From an uncultured Verrucomicrobiae bacterium (GTDB lineage: Bacteria > Verrucomicrobiota > Verrucomicrobiia > Chthoniobacterales > UBA10450), in contig CAWCST010000004.1 of assembly GCA_963798305.1 (NCBI GenBank), positions 21,425-85,424 on the forward strand: a DNA stretch of 64,000 nucleotides, given 5' to 3'. The position numbers and the translations under genes are program-made. This document shows positions 36,659 to 46,589 of the stretch, piece by piece. The notes beneath the pieces were generated by a model, which saw only the letters and a program-made list of their open reading frames with translations, did no database searches and had not been told where the DNA came from. The stretch's first letter is position 1, and every line of letters begins with the position of its first letter.

Positions 36659-37112
36659 TTATCCCGAGTATCCGCCGCTGATGTAGTTTTCCAAATGCTC
36701 AATGGTGGCGCTTTGGCAGGAGATGACGTGCTTGACCAGGTCGCCGATTGAAATCACGCCGACGACTTTCTCCGCATCGAGCACCGGCAGATGGCGAAAA
36801 CGTTTGTCGGTCATGACCCGCAGACATTCTTCCACGCCTTCGTTTGGGTGAGTGACGGTCAGGTTTGTTGACATAATCTCGGAGACTTTCGTGTCGGACG
36901 GATCTCTTACCGCGCAACATGACTTTCCGGGTGTAATCGCGCTCCGACAGCATTCCCACGAGTTTCTCGCCGCTTCATGACAAGAAGCGCGCCGACGTTC
37001 TTCTCGTCCATCATCGCAACGGCGTCGTGTACGCTGTCGTCTCTGGCGAAACCGAAAAAATCTCGCCACTTTTTTGACTGAGAATCGCGCCGATGTTTCC
37101 GCTTACGTCCAT
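36659..37112 (-). CDS. CBS domain pair protein; 2-3 frame breaks
   Basis: Pieces read MDVSGNIGAILSQKSGEIFSVSPETT, VYDAVAMMDEKNVGALLVM, LVGMLSERDYTRKV, SEIMSTNLTVTHP, RFRHLPVLDAEKVVGVISIGDL. Confidence 0.75.
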
Positions 37113-37326
37113 AGGTTGGCAATTACGAGATAATGGGGAAATCCAAAATACAACAGCCCGGCTTAGCGATGCAAAAGAATTTTCAATGCCAGCAAATCGA
37201 ACCATTTTCCAAATTATGCTGCATCGTCGGCGGTCCCTGATGCCCGGGTTATTTATGACAACTACGATGGCAACTCGACTCAATTACTTAAGAGCTACGT
37301 TGAGCCTAACGTCAGTCGCCTCCAGC

Positions 37327-38650
37327 TTACGCGGCGAATTTCTCTTCGATTAATTGATGCAAATGGGCTGCGATCGCTGGTTGATCGAGGCGTTGAATGA
37401 CTTCATTCAAAAAGCCAGTGACGAGGAGGCGTTGGGCAACTGAAATCGGAATGCCGCGCGAACGGAGATAGAACATTTCGTCCTCGTCGATTTGGCCGGA
37501 AGTGGCGCCGTGGGTGCAGCGCACGTTGTCGGCGAGAATTTCCAGCCCGGGCATCGAGTTGGCTTCGGCGTCGTCGCTCAAGAAGAAGGTTGCGCACCTT
37601 TTGGTAGGCGTCGGTGAAATGGGCGTGCGGCTCGACCCGGATGAGGCCGCCGAACGTGCAGCGGGCGCGGTCGTTGAGCGCATTCTTATAAAGAAGATCG
37701 CTGGCCGTATGCGGCGAAACGTGGTCCTGCAAGGTGCGCGCGTCGAATTCCTGTTCGCCGTCAGCGACGGAGACGGCGAGCAGATCGCTGCGCCCGCCTT
37801 CGCCGGTGAGCCGGCTCAGACTTTCGAATCGCGAATATTTCGCGCCGAGGTGCAGGTTCAGACTCAAGGCCGAGGCGTCATGATCGACCGTGGTCGAGTT
37901 CATTTGCAAGGCGCGCACGTTTTCACCCCAGTTCTGCGCGCAAACGTAAGTGACTTTCGCGCCCGGACCGGCGATCAGGTCGTTCACTCCGCAGGCAAAG
38001 CCGGCGACTTGTCGATCTAACGAGCGGAAATGCTCGATGACGGTCACTTTGGCCAGTTCATCGGTGACAAGAAGCAGATGCGGAAACACAGAAGCGTTCT
38101 CGCCGGGCAACCAATGGAAAATCTCAATCGGCAATTCGATTTCGACGCCGCGCGGCACATAAAGAAATGTTCCGGATGAAACCAACGCCTTGTGCAACGC
38201 GGCAAATTTCGCTGAACCGAGAACCGCCGGCTGCGACATGAAATGTTTCCGGAAAAGATCGGTATGCTCGACCATGGCGCGATCGAGCGGCTGAAAAATG
38301 ACGCCGCGCTTTTTCAGCTGCTCGGAGATGACGTCGCGTTCGATGAGCTGATCGCCAGCAAAAATCAAACGCGCCGCTACATCATCGAGGCCCGACGATT
38401 GTTCTAAAATCACGTCGCGATCTTTGTCCGATAATTCTCCGCCGACCTTGAACGATTTGAGATCAAGAAGATCGACGTTGGAAAATCGCCAGAGTTGATC
38501 TTTTCGCGTCGGCGCAGGAAGTGACTCGAATTGTTTCCAGGCTTCCTGTTGCTGCTCGCAAAACCACTCCGGAAAATCGTGCGACTGGAGCGGGCCGGAA
38601 AGAATCGATCCAGTTTTGCTCACTTCATCAAGGGCAACTGACGATGACAT
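37327..38650 (-). CDS. sufD: Fe-S cluster assembly protein SufD; one frame break at ~37590
   Basis: ORFs 37403..38650 plus 37327..37683. The C-terminal part reads GLEILADNVRCTHGATSGQIDEDEMFYLRSRGI. Located downstream of sufB. Confidence 0.85.
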
Positions 38651-38713
38651 TGTCGATCTTGAACAAGAACGGCGGTCCTAGACCGCCGCTACAGTTTCAA
38701 ATTGGGCGGAAAG

Positions 38714-40124
38714 TTATCCGACCGAGCCTTCCATCTCGAGCTCGATCAGGCGTTTGAGCTCGACTGAGTATTCCATCGGAAATTGGCGGACGAGATCGTT
38801 GACGAATCCGTTGACGCTCAAGCTCATCGCCTGCGCTTCGCTCAGGCCGCGCTGTTGCATGTAAAAAATCTGCTCCGCGCTCACCTGGCTGACACTGGCC
38901 TCGTGCTGCACCGAATTTCCGGTGCCGCGGACGGTGATGGCCGGGTAGGTGTCAGTTCGCGAGGTTGCATTGATGAGAAGCGCGTCGCACTCGGTGTTGT
39001 TCTTGCAATTTTTCAGGTGCTTCGGAATGTGGACAAGGCCGCGATAAGTGGCGCGGCCAGTGCCGACGGAGATCGATTTCGAAATGATGTTCGAGGTTGT
39101 TTCGTCGGCGGCGTGAATCATTTTCGCGCCGGTATCCTGGTGCTGGCCGTTGTTGGCGAGCGCGATGGAAAGAACTTCGCCGCGCGATTTGCGGCCTTTC
39201 AAGACCACGCCCGGATATTTCATGGTGAGTCGCGAGCCGATGTTGCAGTCGATCCATTTTACCTCGGCATTTTCGTGCGCAAGACCGCGCTTCGTCACCA
39301 AATTGAAAACGTTGGCCGACCAGTTTTGCACCGTGATGTATTGAATCTTCGCGCCTTTGAGCGCGACCAGCTCGACCACCGCGCTGTGCAGCGTGGCGGT
39401 GTTGAACTTCGGCGCGGTGCAACCTTCCATGTAGGTTACTTCGCGAGCCTTCGTCGGCGATAATGAGGGTGCGCTCGAATTGTCCAAAGTTTTCGGCGTT
39501 GATCCGGAAGTAGGCCTGAAGCGGATGCTTCACTTTCACGCCGGGCGGCACGTAAATGAATGAGCCGCCGCTGAAGACGGCGGAGTTGAGCGCGCTGAAT
39601 TTGTTGTCGCCGATGGGGATGACTTTGCCGAACCATTTTCGGAAAATTTCCGGGTGATTTTTCAGGCCTTCGGTCGATCCAACGAAAATGACGCCCTGTT
39701 CGCCAACCGCTTTCTTGATGTTTGAGTAAACAGCTTCGCTGTCGAACTGCGCTTCCACGCCGGCGAGAAATTTTCGTTCCTGTTCGGGAATGCCGAGTCG
39801 CTCAAACGTGCGCTTGATGTCCTCCGGGACTTCATCCCAACTGCGCTTCGCGCCCGTGCCGGGCGAGAGGTAATAGCGGATTTTGTCGAAATGGATTGCT
39901 TCGAGATCTTTGCTTGCCCAATGCGTCGGCAACGGTTTCTCGAGAAATGTTTTCAGACCCCGTAAACGAAATTCGCGGACCCAATCGGGATCCTCTTTGA
40001 CGTCGGAAATATAATGAATCGTTTTCTCGCTCAAGCCGGTACCCGCATCGCGCACGTGCACCTCGGGGTAAGCGAAATCGCCGATGTTGCGATTGATATC
40101 GACGGCTTTGGTTTCAGTTTTCAT
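38714..40124 (-). CDS. sufB: Fe-S cluster assembly protein SufB; one frame break at ~39450
   Basis: [40 protein letters not shown], then [30 protein letters not shown] and [10 protein letters not shown]. Confidence 0.9.
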
Positions 40125-40149
40125 TTGTCGATGTAGTTGATTGTCGATC

Positions 40150-40918
40150 TTATCTGGTTAGCGCCATCTCACCCTCCGCTTCACGCGCCCAATCGTAGCC
40201 CCTTTCTTCGAGCTCGAGGGCCAGTTCCTTGCCGCCGCTGCGCACGATTCGGCCCTGCACCATCACGTGCACGTGGTCGGGAACGATGTAATTCAGGAGG
40301 CGCTGATAATGCGTAATTAACAATATCCCAATGTTCGGTCCCCGCAACGAATTCACGCCGTGGGCGACAGTCTTGAGCGCGTCGATATCCAGGCCGCTGT
40401 CGGTCTCATCGAGAATCGCGTACTTCGGCTCGAGCATGGCTAACTGCAAAATTTCGGTGCGCTTCTTCTCGCCGCCGGAAAAACCTTCGTTTACCGCGCG
40501 CGACGTAAATGAACGATCCATACCGAGCAGTTCCATTTTCTCGTAAAGCTTTGCGTAATAATCGGTCGCTTCAAGTTCTTCGCCCTCAGGCAGTCGGGAC
40601 TGCACGGCCGCCCGGAGAAAATTGGCGATCGTTACGCCGGGAATTTCGCTCGGATATTGGAAAGCGAGGAAGAGGCCCTGCCGGGCCCGGTCGTCCGGCT
40701 CGAATTCGAGAAGGTTCTTGCCGTCCATCGTGATTTTGCCTCCGGTTACCTGATAATCAGGGTGTCCGGCGAGCACTTTGGCGAGGGTGCTTTTGCCGGA
40801 GCCGTTTGGGCCCATGATGGCGTGCACTTCACCCTGCGGAACGACCAGGCTGAGACCACGGACGATTTCTTGGTCCGCCGATCGTCACTCGGAGATTATC
40901 GACACGAAGTTCCTTCAT
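40150..40918 (-). CDS. sufC: Fe-S cluster assembly ATPase SufC; one frame break at ~40870
   Basis: MKELRVDNL.., then the Walker A motif [10 protein letters not shown], the ABC signature [11 protein letters not shown], and Walker [12 protein letters not shown]. Confidence 0.9.
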
Positions 40919-41090
40919 AAAGGGGGATCCGCAATATAAACGCGTTTGCCTCGATTGCGAAACGTATTTCGAGAGAGCTGAGTCGGGTGTCGATCCTGGC
41001 CAGTGTGCCGATTTGGCACAGATTCGCTTCGCGTTTTTCGACAAATGGGAGCTGCAAAAGGCATCGCGAATGCTGTGAAGGAATGCCGAG

Positions 41091-41831
41091 ATGAATTCTG
41101 ATTCGGAGAGCAAATCTTTCCCCGCAGCTTCGAGCGAATCGGTCCCCAAGGAATCGGTGTCCAAGGCTACGAGCGAACTGAATAATTTGTTGCAGATCAT
41201 TTCAGGCACGAGCACCGAAATCGAAAATCTTTGGGAAGGCAGCGATGGCTCGGAAAAGTACCTGGCCATACTGCGCGAAAGCATTGAGCGCGCAGAGACG
41301 GTGGCCGCGCAGCTGGCCAAACAAGCTGGCGGCGCCGACGAGAAGATGCTGATGCATCCGGAGCTGGCCGCTTTTATCAAGCCAAAGACGGTAACGCAGA
41401 TGCCGGTTCCCAAACCTCGCATCCTCGTTGTCGATGACCAAGAAGCGGTGGTACTCCTAGTGAAGCAGCTTTTGTCCGCGTCAGGATACGATGTGACCAC
41501 GGCCCAATCCGGTTTCGAATGTCTTGACCTTTTCCGGCGTCGTCCGCTGGCCTATCAACTGGTGCTTCTGGATTTAACGATGCCGTTCATGGATGGTGAG
41601 GAAACCTTCCAGCGCCTCCGCGAGATTCGCCCGGACGTGCCGATCGTGCTTTGCACCGGCTTTATTCAAGGTGAACGTCTTAATCGACTAATGACAGCCG
41701 GCTTAACCGGTTTCCTGCGAAAACCGCTGTCGCCTGACGAGATCGTCAGTAACGTCCGCTCGATCCTGGAAAGCCTGAAGTATGCGAGCGCCAGCGGCGG
41801 ACAGAGCGACGGCTCGTCACTAGCGAGTTGA
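41091..41831 (+). CDS. response-regulator receiver protein with an N-terminal H-box-like segment that lacks the histidine
   Basis: Intact 246-aa ORF. The C-terminal REC domain reads ILVVDDQ...LVLLDLTMPFMDG...LRKP. The N-terminal KATSELNNLLQIISGTSTEIE resembles a DHp H-box (..AHDFNNLL..) with Ser at the His position. Confidence 0.75.
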   Translation: MNSDSESKSFPAASSESVPKESVSKATSELNNLLQIISGTSTEIENLWEGSDGSEKYLAILRESIERAETVAAQLAKQAGGADEKMLMHPELAAFIKPKTVTQMPVPKPRILVVDDQEAVVLLVKQLLSASGYDVTTAQSGFECLDLFRRRPLAYQLVLLDLTMPFMDGEETFQRLREIRPDVPIVLCTGFIQGERLNRLMTAGLTGFLRKPLSPDEIVSNVRSILESLKYASASGGQSDGSSLAS

Positions 41832-41841
41832 AGATTAGCCT

Positions 41842-43026
41842 GTGAGCTCAGCCCGGCGCGCACAAACTTTCGAGCGGTTCTCCGAAAACTGCCTTTTCGA
41901 AGGAGTCGACACTCAGGTCCTTAAAAAGATTGCGCCACAGATCAGTGTGCGGCGGGTACGGACCGGCGAAGTGATTTTCCGCGAGGGCGATCTGGCCGAT
42001 TCGCTTTACCTCGTAGGCGAAGGCGCCGTAAAAATCTACAAACCCGCGACCGCGGACGACCAGGGAATTATCAGTTATGTCGACCAGGGAAACTTTTTCG
42101 GCGCCACATCGCTCTTGTCCGGCGAGCCGCACTCGGCAACGGCCACTGCGATTGAGCCGGCGCTAATCGGCGCCGTTAAAGAAGAGAGCTTCCAACAAAT
42201 TCTCGAGCTGGCACCCAGCCGCCTCCACATCAACTTCTTCCGTGCTGTTACGAACCGCATTCGAAGCGCAAACGCGCACTTTATGCGGGAAACCCTCCGA
42301 GTTGAGCGGCTCCGGGTAGCGGGCGCGCTCGCTAATGCGATGATCCAGGACCTGAAGAACCCAGTTTGCATCGCGCGCTGCTGCTCGGACTTGATCAGCA
42401 ACGAGTCCACCGATCCACAATTGCGCGAATTGAGCAAGCTGCTCACCGAAGCGGTCAACGGTATTCTCGGGACGACTCTCGACCTGCTTGATTACGCGCG
42501 CGGTTTGGTTTCTATCAGCAAAAGGTCCGTGTCAATCTGGCGGCTGCTCGATGAAGTGAATCGGCGATCACTGCATCTTCTGCCTGCCAGGAAAATCGAG
42601 TTCATAAAGCACATTCGTTACCAAGGCAACATCGAGCTCGACCTCGGCCGGGTAGTGCGGGCGCTGGGCAATGTCATCGACAACGCCATCCACGCCATGC
42701 CCGGGGGCGGCAGGCTCACTCTCACGATCGACCTCGTGCAAGACCAGGTCGTTCTGCGAATCTCGGATTCCGGCGCGGGAATCTCGCCCGATCTTTTGCC
42801 GAGATTGTTTGAGCCATTCGGGCGACACGACAATGCGCACGGCGCGGGAACTGGCCTCGCCGTTGCGAAGGCGATTTTCGAAGCGCACGGCGGCAAGATT
42901 TCCATCGCCAGCGTACTCGGGAAAGGCACAACCGTGGATATCCGGCTGCCCAAACCTTCGCCGACTAATCAGGCGCATTCTGCGTGCGCCAACTTTAATT
43001 CGCCGATTTTGCCGATTGCGATTTAA
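41842..43026 (+). CDS. cyclic-nucleotide-binding domain / histidine-kinase-like protein with degenerate H-box (His replaced by Gln)
   Basis: Intact 394-aa ORF with a GTG start. The cNMP-binding domain reads GEVIFREGDLADSLYLVGEGAVKI...FFGATSLL. The DHp reads GALANAMIQDLKNPV (Q where the His is expected). The HATPase boxes are intact (NVIDNAIHA, DSGAGI, GAGTGLAVAK). Confidence 0.8.
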   Translation: MSSARRAQTFERFSENCLFEGVDTQVLKKIAPQISVRRVRTGEVIFREGDLADSLYLVGEGAVKIYKPATADDQGIISYVDQGNFFGATSLLSGEPHSATATAIEPALIGAVKEESFQQILELAPSRLHINFFRAVTNRIRSANAHFMRETLRVERLRVAGALANAMIQDLKNPVCIARCCSDLISNESTDPQLRELSKLLTEAVNGILGTTLDLLDYARGLVSISKRSVSIWRLLDEVNRRSLHLLPARKIEFIKHIRYQGNIELDLGRVVRALGNVIDNAIHAMPGGGRLTLTIDLVQDQVVLRISDSGAGISPDLLPRLFEPFGRHDNAHGAGTGLAVAKAIFEAHGGKISIASVLGKGTTVDIRLPKPSPTNQAHSACANFNSPILPIAI

Positions 43027-43060
43027 TCCAAAATCGCGAATCTAAAATCCGAAGCGAAGA

Positions 43061-43134
43061 TACCCCGTGGTGTAACGGTAACACAGCGCCCTTTGGAGGC
43101 GTTATTCTTGGTTCGAATCCAAGCGGGGTAGCCA
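43061..43134 (+). tRNA. tRNA-Gln (anticodon UUG), CCA encoded
   Basis: Manual cloverleaf. Acceptor TACCCCG/CGGGGTA. D arm GTGT-AACGGTA-ACAC. Anticodon arm GCGCC-CTTTGGA-GGCGT (anticodon TTG). T arm CTTGG-TTCGAAT-CCAAG. Discriminator G plus CCA. Confidence 0.95.
43098..43134 (+). repeat. attL-type core: 37-nt 3' end of tRNA-Gln, repeated exactly at 62019..62055
   Basis: GGCGTTATTCTTGGTTCGAATCCAAGCGGGGTAGCCA is identical at both positions. Confidence 0.9.
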
Positions 43135-43414
43135 AGCTCTCAAGCGGGGATTTACCCATGAAGATTGGTGATTTTCTGAATGCGCAGCGATCCGAACCAA
43201 AACGCCAAAATCCGCAGTCTATTTGTCAAGTATTCGTCAAGCAGAGTCTTCTCAATTAGCCGCACGCTCGGCTTCAGTCGCGCGGCGCTGTGAGGCGTAA
43301 CTGGCAGGCGAGACTCTTATCAGGCTTCAATTCTTAGCTTTTGGCGTGTTCTCAGGCGACTTTTTGCCGGGCCTCAAGGGACTAAAACGAAGTTGCCTGA
43401 TTTGTAATCGAGAA

Positions 43415-43548
43415 AGCCATTTTTGCCGGCTTTAGCTATCGTTAGCTATCTATTGTAAATTAGCAACTTAGATGGATTTTCTGCATTTGAGTTTTAGCCA
43501 AGATTAGCCATTTTTGGCCCTTTTTTCGAGCTAGCGTATACAATTGCG
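43415..43548. repeat. cluster of iteron/arm-site-like short direct repeats in an AT-rich non-coding stretch
   Basis: TTAGCTATC at 43432 and 43442. TTAGCAAC at 43460. TTAGCCA at 43494 and 43504. AGCCATTTTTG at 43415 and 43506. Tandem GTATACAATT at 43526 and 43539. Confidence 0.6.
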
Positions 43549-43606
43549 GTATACAATTTCGATGATCCGCTTGGCCGCTAAAGTTTCGCCGCGTGCTCCC
43601 GAGAAA

Positions 43607-43657
43607 TCAGAACCGCGTCGTCTCAAGTTTCTCGATGAAGTCCCCGCGACCGATTAC
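43607..43657 (-). pseudogene. remnant of the 3' end of an XRE-family gene (paralog of 56310..56561)
   Basis: The reverse strand reads ..VIGRGDFIEKLETTRF-stop. The intact XRE gene ends ..NRIHDFIEKLETTRF-stop. About 36 nt are roughly 90% identical (TCAGAA.CG.GTCGT.TCAAGTTTCTCGATGAAGTC). Confidence 0.6.
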
Positions 43658-43675
43658 CAAAACAGTGGGTTCGAG

Positions 43676-43704
43676 CCCTGTAGGCTCCGAGGTTTTTGTA
43701 TTAC
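43676..43704. repeat. dispersed short repeat, copy A (CCYGTAGGCTCCGRGG...TGTATTAC family)
   Basis: CCCTGTAGGCTCCGAGGTTTTTGTATTAC. Related to the copies at 46481 and 49788. Abuts the XRE remnant. Confidence 0.6.
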
Positions 43705-43894
43705 AAAAAGTCTCGCGCAGCACCCTCGGATGCCGCTCGAAATGTTCGGCGTGTTTGCCGAACAGCTTTCTCTGACAAATCTTGAATCTTTAGATACGAC
43801 CACAATTTCCAATCCGGCCTTTTGCAGCCTCGGGTGTGAGAGGCGGTAACCGCCAAGCGCACCCCGACCGAAGGCGCTCAGCTTGTTCGATTAG

Positions 43895-46327
43895 TTATTC
43901 CGTGTGCAATGCTTGCACCGGATCGACCATCGTTGCTCGGCGCGCGGGAATGAGGCAGGCGATCAGCGATATCGCGCTCATGATTGCGGCAGTGCCGAGG
44001 AGGATCGTTAAGTGAAGTGGCGGCACGTCAAACAAAACAGTTTGCATGGCTTTGCCGGCCAGCCACGCCCCGAACAAACCGACGATAGTTCCGGCGGCGA
44101 GCAGGCGCAGGCCTAACGAGAGGAATTGCGCTCCGATCTGCTCGCGTTGCGCACCGAGCGCCATGCGAATGCCGATCTCACGCGTCCTTTGTGCGACCGC
44201 GTAACTCAACACGCCGTAGGTTCCGATGGCCGCGAGCAGCAAAGCGACGCCGGCGAAAATTCCAGCGAGTAATGCTGGCGAGCGTCGCGTGATCAAGCTG
44301 TCCGCGATGCGCGTGTCCATCGAACGAATGTTATCGACCGCCAGTGCGGGATGCGCTGCGCGCACCAGCTTGCGCAGCGTCTCGGCGAACGCTTCCGGGC
44401 GCTGGCTTGTACGGGTGACGATGAAAATACTCTCCTTGTCGCGATAAGCGTAAGGCAGGTAAACCGCGCCTTGCCCCTGCACTTCGGTGAGCGCGGCTTG
44501 CTTCACTGCGCCGACGACGCCGACAACTGTAAACAGCTGCGCGTCGTCTTTTTCGTCCCCGAGCGCGATCCTTTGGCCGAGCGCGCCGCCGTTAGGCCAG
44601 TAACGCCGGGCCAAATCTTCGTCCACTACACAGACGCGTTCCGCGCGGTGGGAATCTGCCGAGGTGAGGAAGCGTCCTTCGCGCAGGTCAATACCGAGGG
44701 CCGAGAAGTACTCGCCGTGAACGGCATAGGAATAATGGCCGTGCACTGATTGCCCCGGAGGTGGCACATAGCCCTTAGGTGTGACTGCGGTTTTGCCGCT
44801 GTCGCCGCTTAACGGAATGTTCGTGATCGTTCCGGTGGCGGCGATTCCCGGTTGCTGGCGGATGGATTCGAGCAAGCGATCGACGATGCCGACTCGCTCC
44901 CGCTGCAGATCCCATGAGACGGTGCACTCGCCGGTAAGAACGTGATCTGAGCGAAATCCTGGCGAAACCGCCATCGCTTTTTTCAGGCTCAGGCCGAGCA
45001 GAGCCGCACCCGCGAGCAAGACAAATGCGAGCGCAATCTGCGCGACGATGAATCCGTGGCGCAGCCGTTGCGCGGCGCGGCTAATTGTGCCGCTGCGCGA
45101 TTCCGATTGGAGCGCATGCGCCAGATGCGTGCTCAGGTTGAACCAGGCGATAGGTAACGCGATGACGACTCCGAGAACCACGGCGCCAGCGAGGCCGATG
45201 GACGCCAGCCAGCCATTGAACGCGATATGCGCGCCGAGCGGCAAGCGATCTGCCCCGAGAACTTCGAGCAACCGAATTCCCCACGCGCCTACCGCCAGGC
45301 CGAGCAATCCGCCGACGAAAGTCAGAAGAACGGTTTCGATGATTACTTGTCTCACGACATGCACGCGACTCGCGCCCATCGATCGCCGAATCGCCATTTC
45401 TTTCGCCCGCCCGCTCGCACGAATCAAAAGAAGATTGACCAGATTTACCGCGCCGATGAACAAGAGAAAAAATACTCCGGCTTGCATTAGCCACAGGGTT
45501 GGACGAATGGAGCGGACGTGCTCTGCGTGCAATGGCCTAACGAGTGATCGGAAGCCGGCTTCGGCCATCATTTTCGCTTCAGGATTATCTTCCTCGACGG
45601 CGGCGTTGTGCGCATCGATCTGGGCTTGCGCTTCCGCGATCGTCGCGCCCGGTTTCAATCGCGCGATCATGTGCGTGACGCCGCCGCCAGAGTGACGCGC
45701 TTTCGGCCCACGCTCTTCCATATCGGATTTTATCGGAAGAAAAACGCGCGCCTCGGACGATAGAAAACGAAAAGCAGGAGGCAAGACGCCAACGATCTTT
45801 CTTGGGATACCGTTTATGCGGGTATCACGACCCAGAATGTTTGGATCGGAATTGAAACGCTCCCGCCAGAATTCATCCGTCAGGATAATCACGTTCGTAT
45901 GGGGGTCGGTCTCTTTATCGGTGAAGTTGCGACCGATGGCGGGCTTAACACCAAGCGTCGTGAAAAATTCCGGCGAGATGCGCACGATTTCCTCCTGTTG
46001 CATGGAGCCCGGATCACCGACGGTTTCGGCTCTCTCCATATACATGGAAAGGCTCGAGAAGGCCGGGATGTTGCCACGACGCTCGTAGTAATTGGTGATC
46101 GACGAACCATCATTCTCGATTCCGGCTTTCGGATAGGTGTTGAAGATCGTCACCAGCCGATCGGATTGCGGAAACGGAAGCGGCCGGAGCAAAATTGAAT
46201 CGATCACAGCGAAGATCGCGAGGTTCGCGCCGAGACAAATCGCAATCGTGGCCAGTGCGGTGACAGTGAACGCCGGTGCTTTGCCAAGTTGGCGAAGGGC
46301 GAATCGCAGGTCAGTAATCATAACCAC
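43895..46327 (-). CDS. ADOP-type duplicated FtsX/MacB-like ABC transporter permease (orphan permease)
   Basis: Intact 810-aa ORF. The N-terminal DLRFALRQLGKAPAFTVTALATIAICLGANLAIF is typical of this family. Two MacB_PCD/FtsX halves. No adjacent ATPase or PadR gene. Confidence 0.85.
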   Translation of the reverse strand: MVMITDLRFALRQLGKAPAFTVTALATIAICLGANLAIFAVIDSILLRPLPFPQSDRLVTIFNTYPKAGIENDGSSITNYYERRGNIPAFSSLSMYMERAETVGDPGSMQQEEIVRISPEFFTTLGVKPAIGRNFTDKETDPHTNVIILTDEFWRERFNSDPNILGRDTRINGIPRKIVGVLPPAFRFLSSEARVFLPIKSDMEERGPKARHSGGGVTHMIARLKPGATIAEAQAQIDAHNAAVEEDNPEAKMMAEAGFRSLVRPLHAEHVRSIRPTLWLMQAGVFFLLFIGAVNLVNLLLIRASGRAKEMAIRRSMGASRVHVVRQVIIETVLLTFVGGLLGLAVGAWGIRLLEVLGADRLPLGAHIAFNGWLASIGLAGAVVLGVVIALPIAWFNLSTHLAHALQSESRSGTISRAAQRLRHGFIVAQIALAFVLLAGAALLGLSLKKAMAVSPGFRSDHVLTGECTVSWDLQRERVGIVDRLLESIRQQPGIAATGTITNIPLSGDSGKTAVTPKGYVPPPGQSVHGHYSYAVHGEYFSALGIDLREGRFLTSADSHRAERVCVVDEDLARRYWPNGGALGQRIALGDEKDDAQLFTVVGVVGAVKQAALTEVQGQGAVYLPYAYRDKESIFIVTRTSQRPEAFAETLRKLVRAAHPALAVDNIRSMDTRIADSLITRRSPALLAGIFAGVALLLAAIGTYGVLSYAVAQRTREIGIRMALGAQREQIGAQFLSLGLRLLAAGTIVGLFGAWLAGKAMQTVLFDVPPLHLTILLGTAAIMSAISLIACLIPARRATMVDPVQALHTE

Positions 46328-46391
46328 TTCGTGTGGCAGGACACTTCCTCAGTATTATTCAGTGCGCAACGCCGGGACCGGATCGACAAGT

Positions 46392-46424
46392 GTCAAAAAG
46401 GTTCGGACCCCTCGGCTTCAAGGG
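46392..46424. repeat. dispersed short repeat, degenerate copy B-prime
   Basis: GTCAAAAAGGTTCGGACCCCTCGGCTTCAAGGG compared with GACAAAAAGGTACCGGACCCCGTAGGCTCCGAGG. Confidence 0.45.
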
Positions 46425-46480
46425 CTCGACCCAGGAGAAATCACCCGTTTCCGGTTGCCGTTTCTGGCGCAATTTAGCCT

Positions 46481-46516
46481 CAAATGACAAAAAGGTACCG
46501 GACCCCGTAGGCTCCG
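46481..46516. repeat. dispersed short repeat, copy B
   Basis: CAAATGACAAAAAGGTACCGGACCCCGTAGGCTCCG. This 36 nt is identical to 49788..49823. Confidence 0.8.
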
Positions 46517-46589
46517 AGGAATTTCTGTAATACGCAAAGTATTCCTGGACGCCGTGCTTGTTAGGCCAAAGCGGCATGATCGAAAGAAA

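Noticed and set aside
43415-43548. TTAGC / GTATACAATT repeat cluster as a CRISPR array.
   Set aside because: The repeats are 7-10 nt long with irregular spacing of 1-30 nt. There are no cas genes and no repeat-spacer periodicity.
43660-43700. tRNA-like T-arm (GTGGGTTCGAGCCCTGT) as a second tRNA gene or a second att site.
   Set aside because: The T-stem pairs only with several G-U wobbles. There is no acceptor, D or anticodon arm around it. The sequence belongs to the dispersed repeat family.
43544-43849. ORF 43544..43849(+) (101 aa) as a real gene in the island's left arm.
   Set aside because: It spans the XRE remnant (on the opposite strand) and a dispersed repeat copy. It has no recognisable domain and no RBS.
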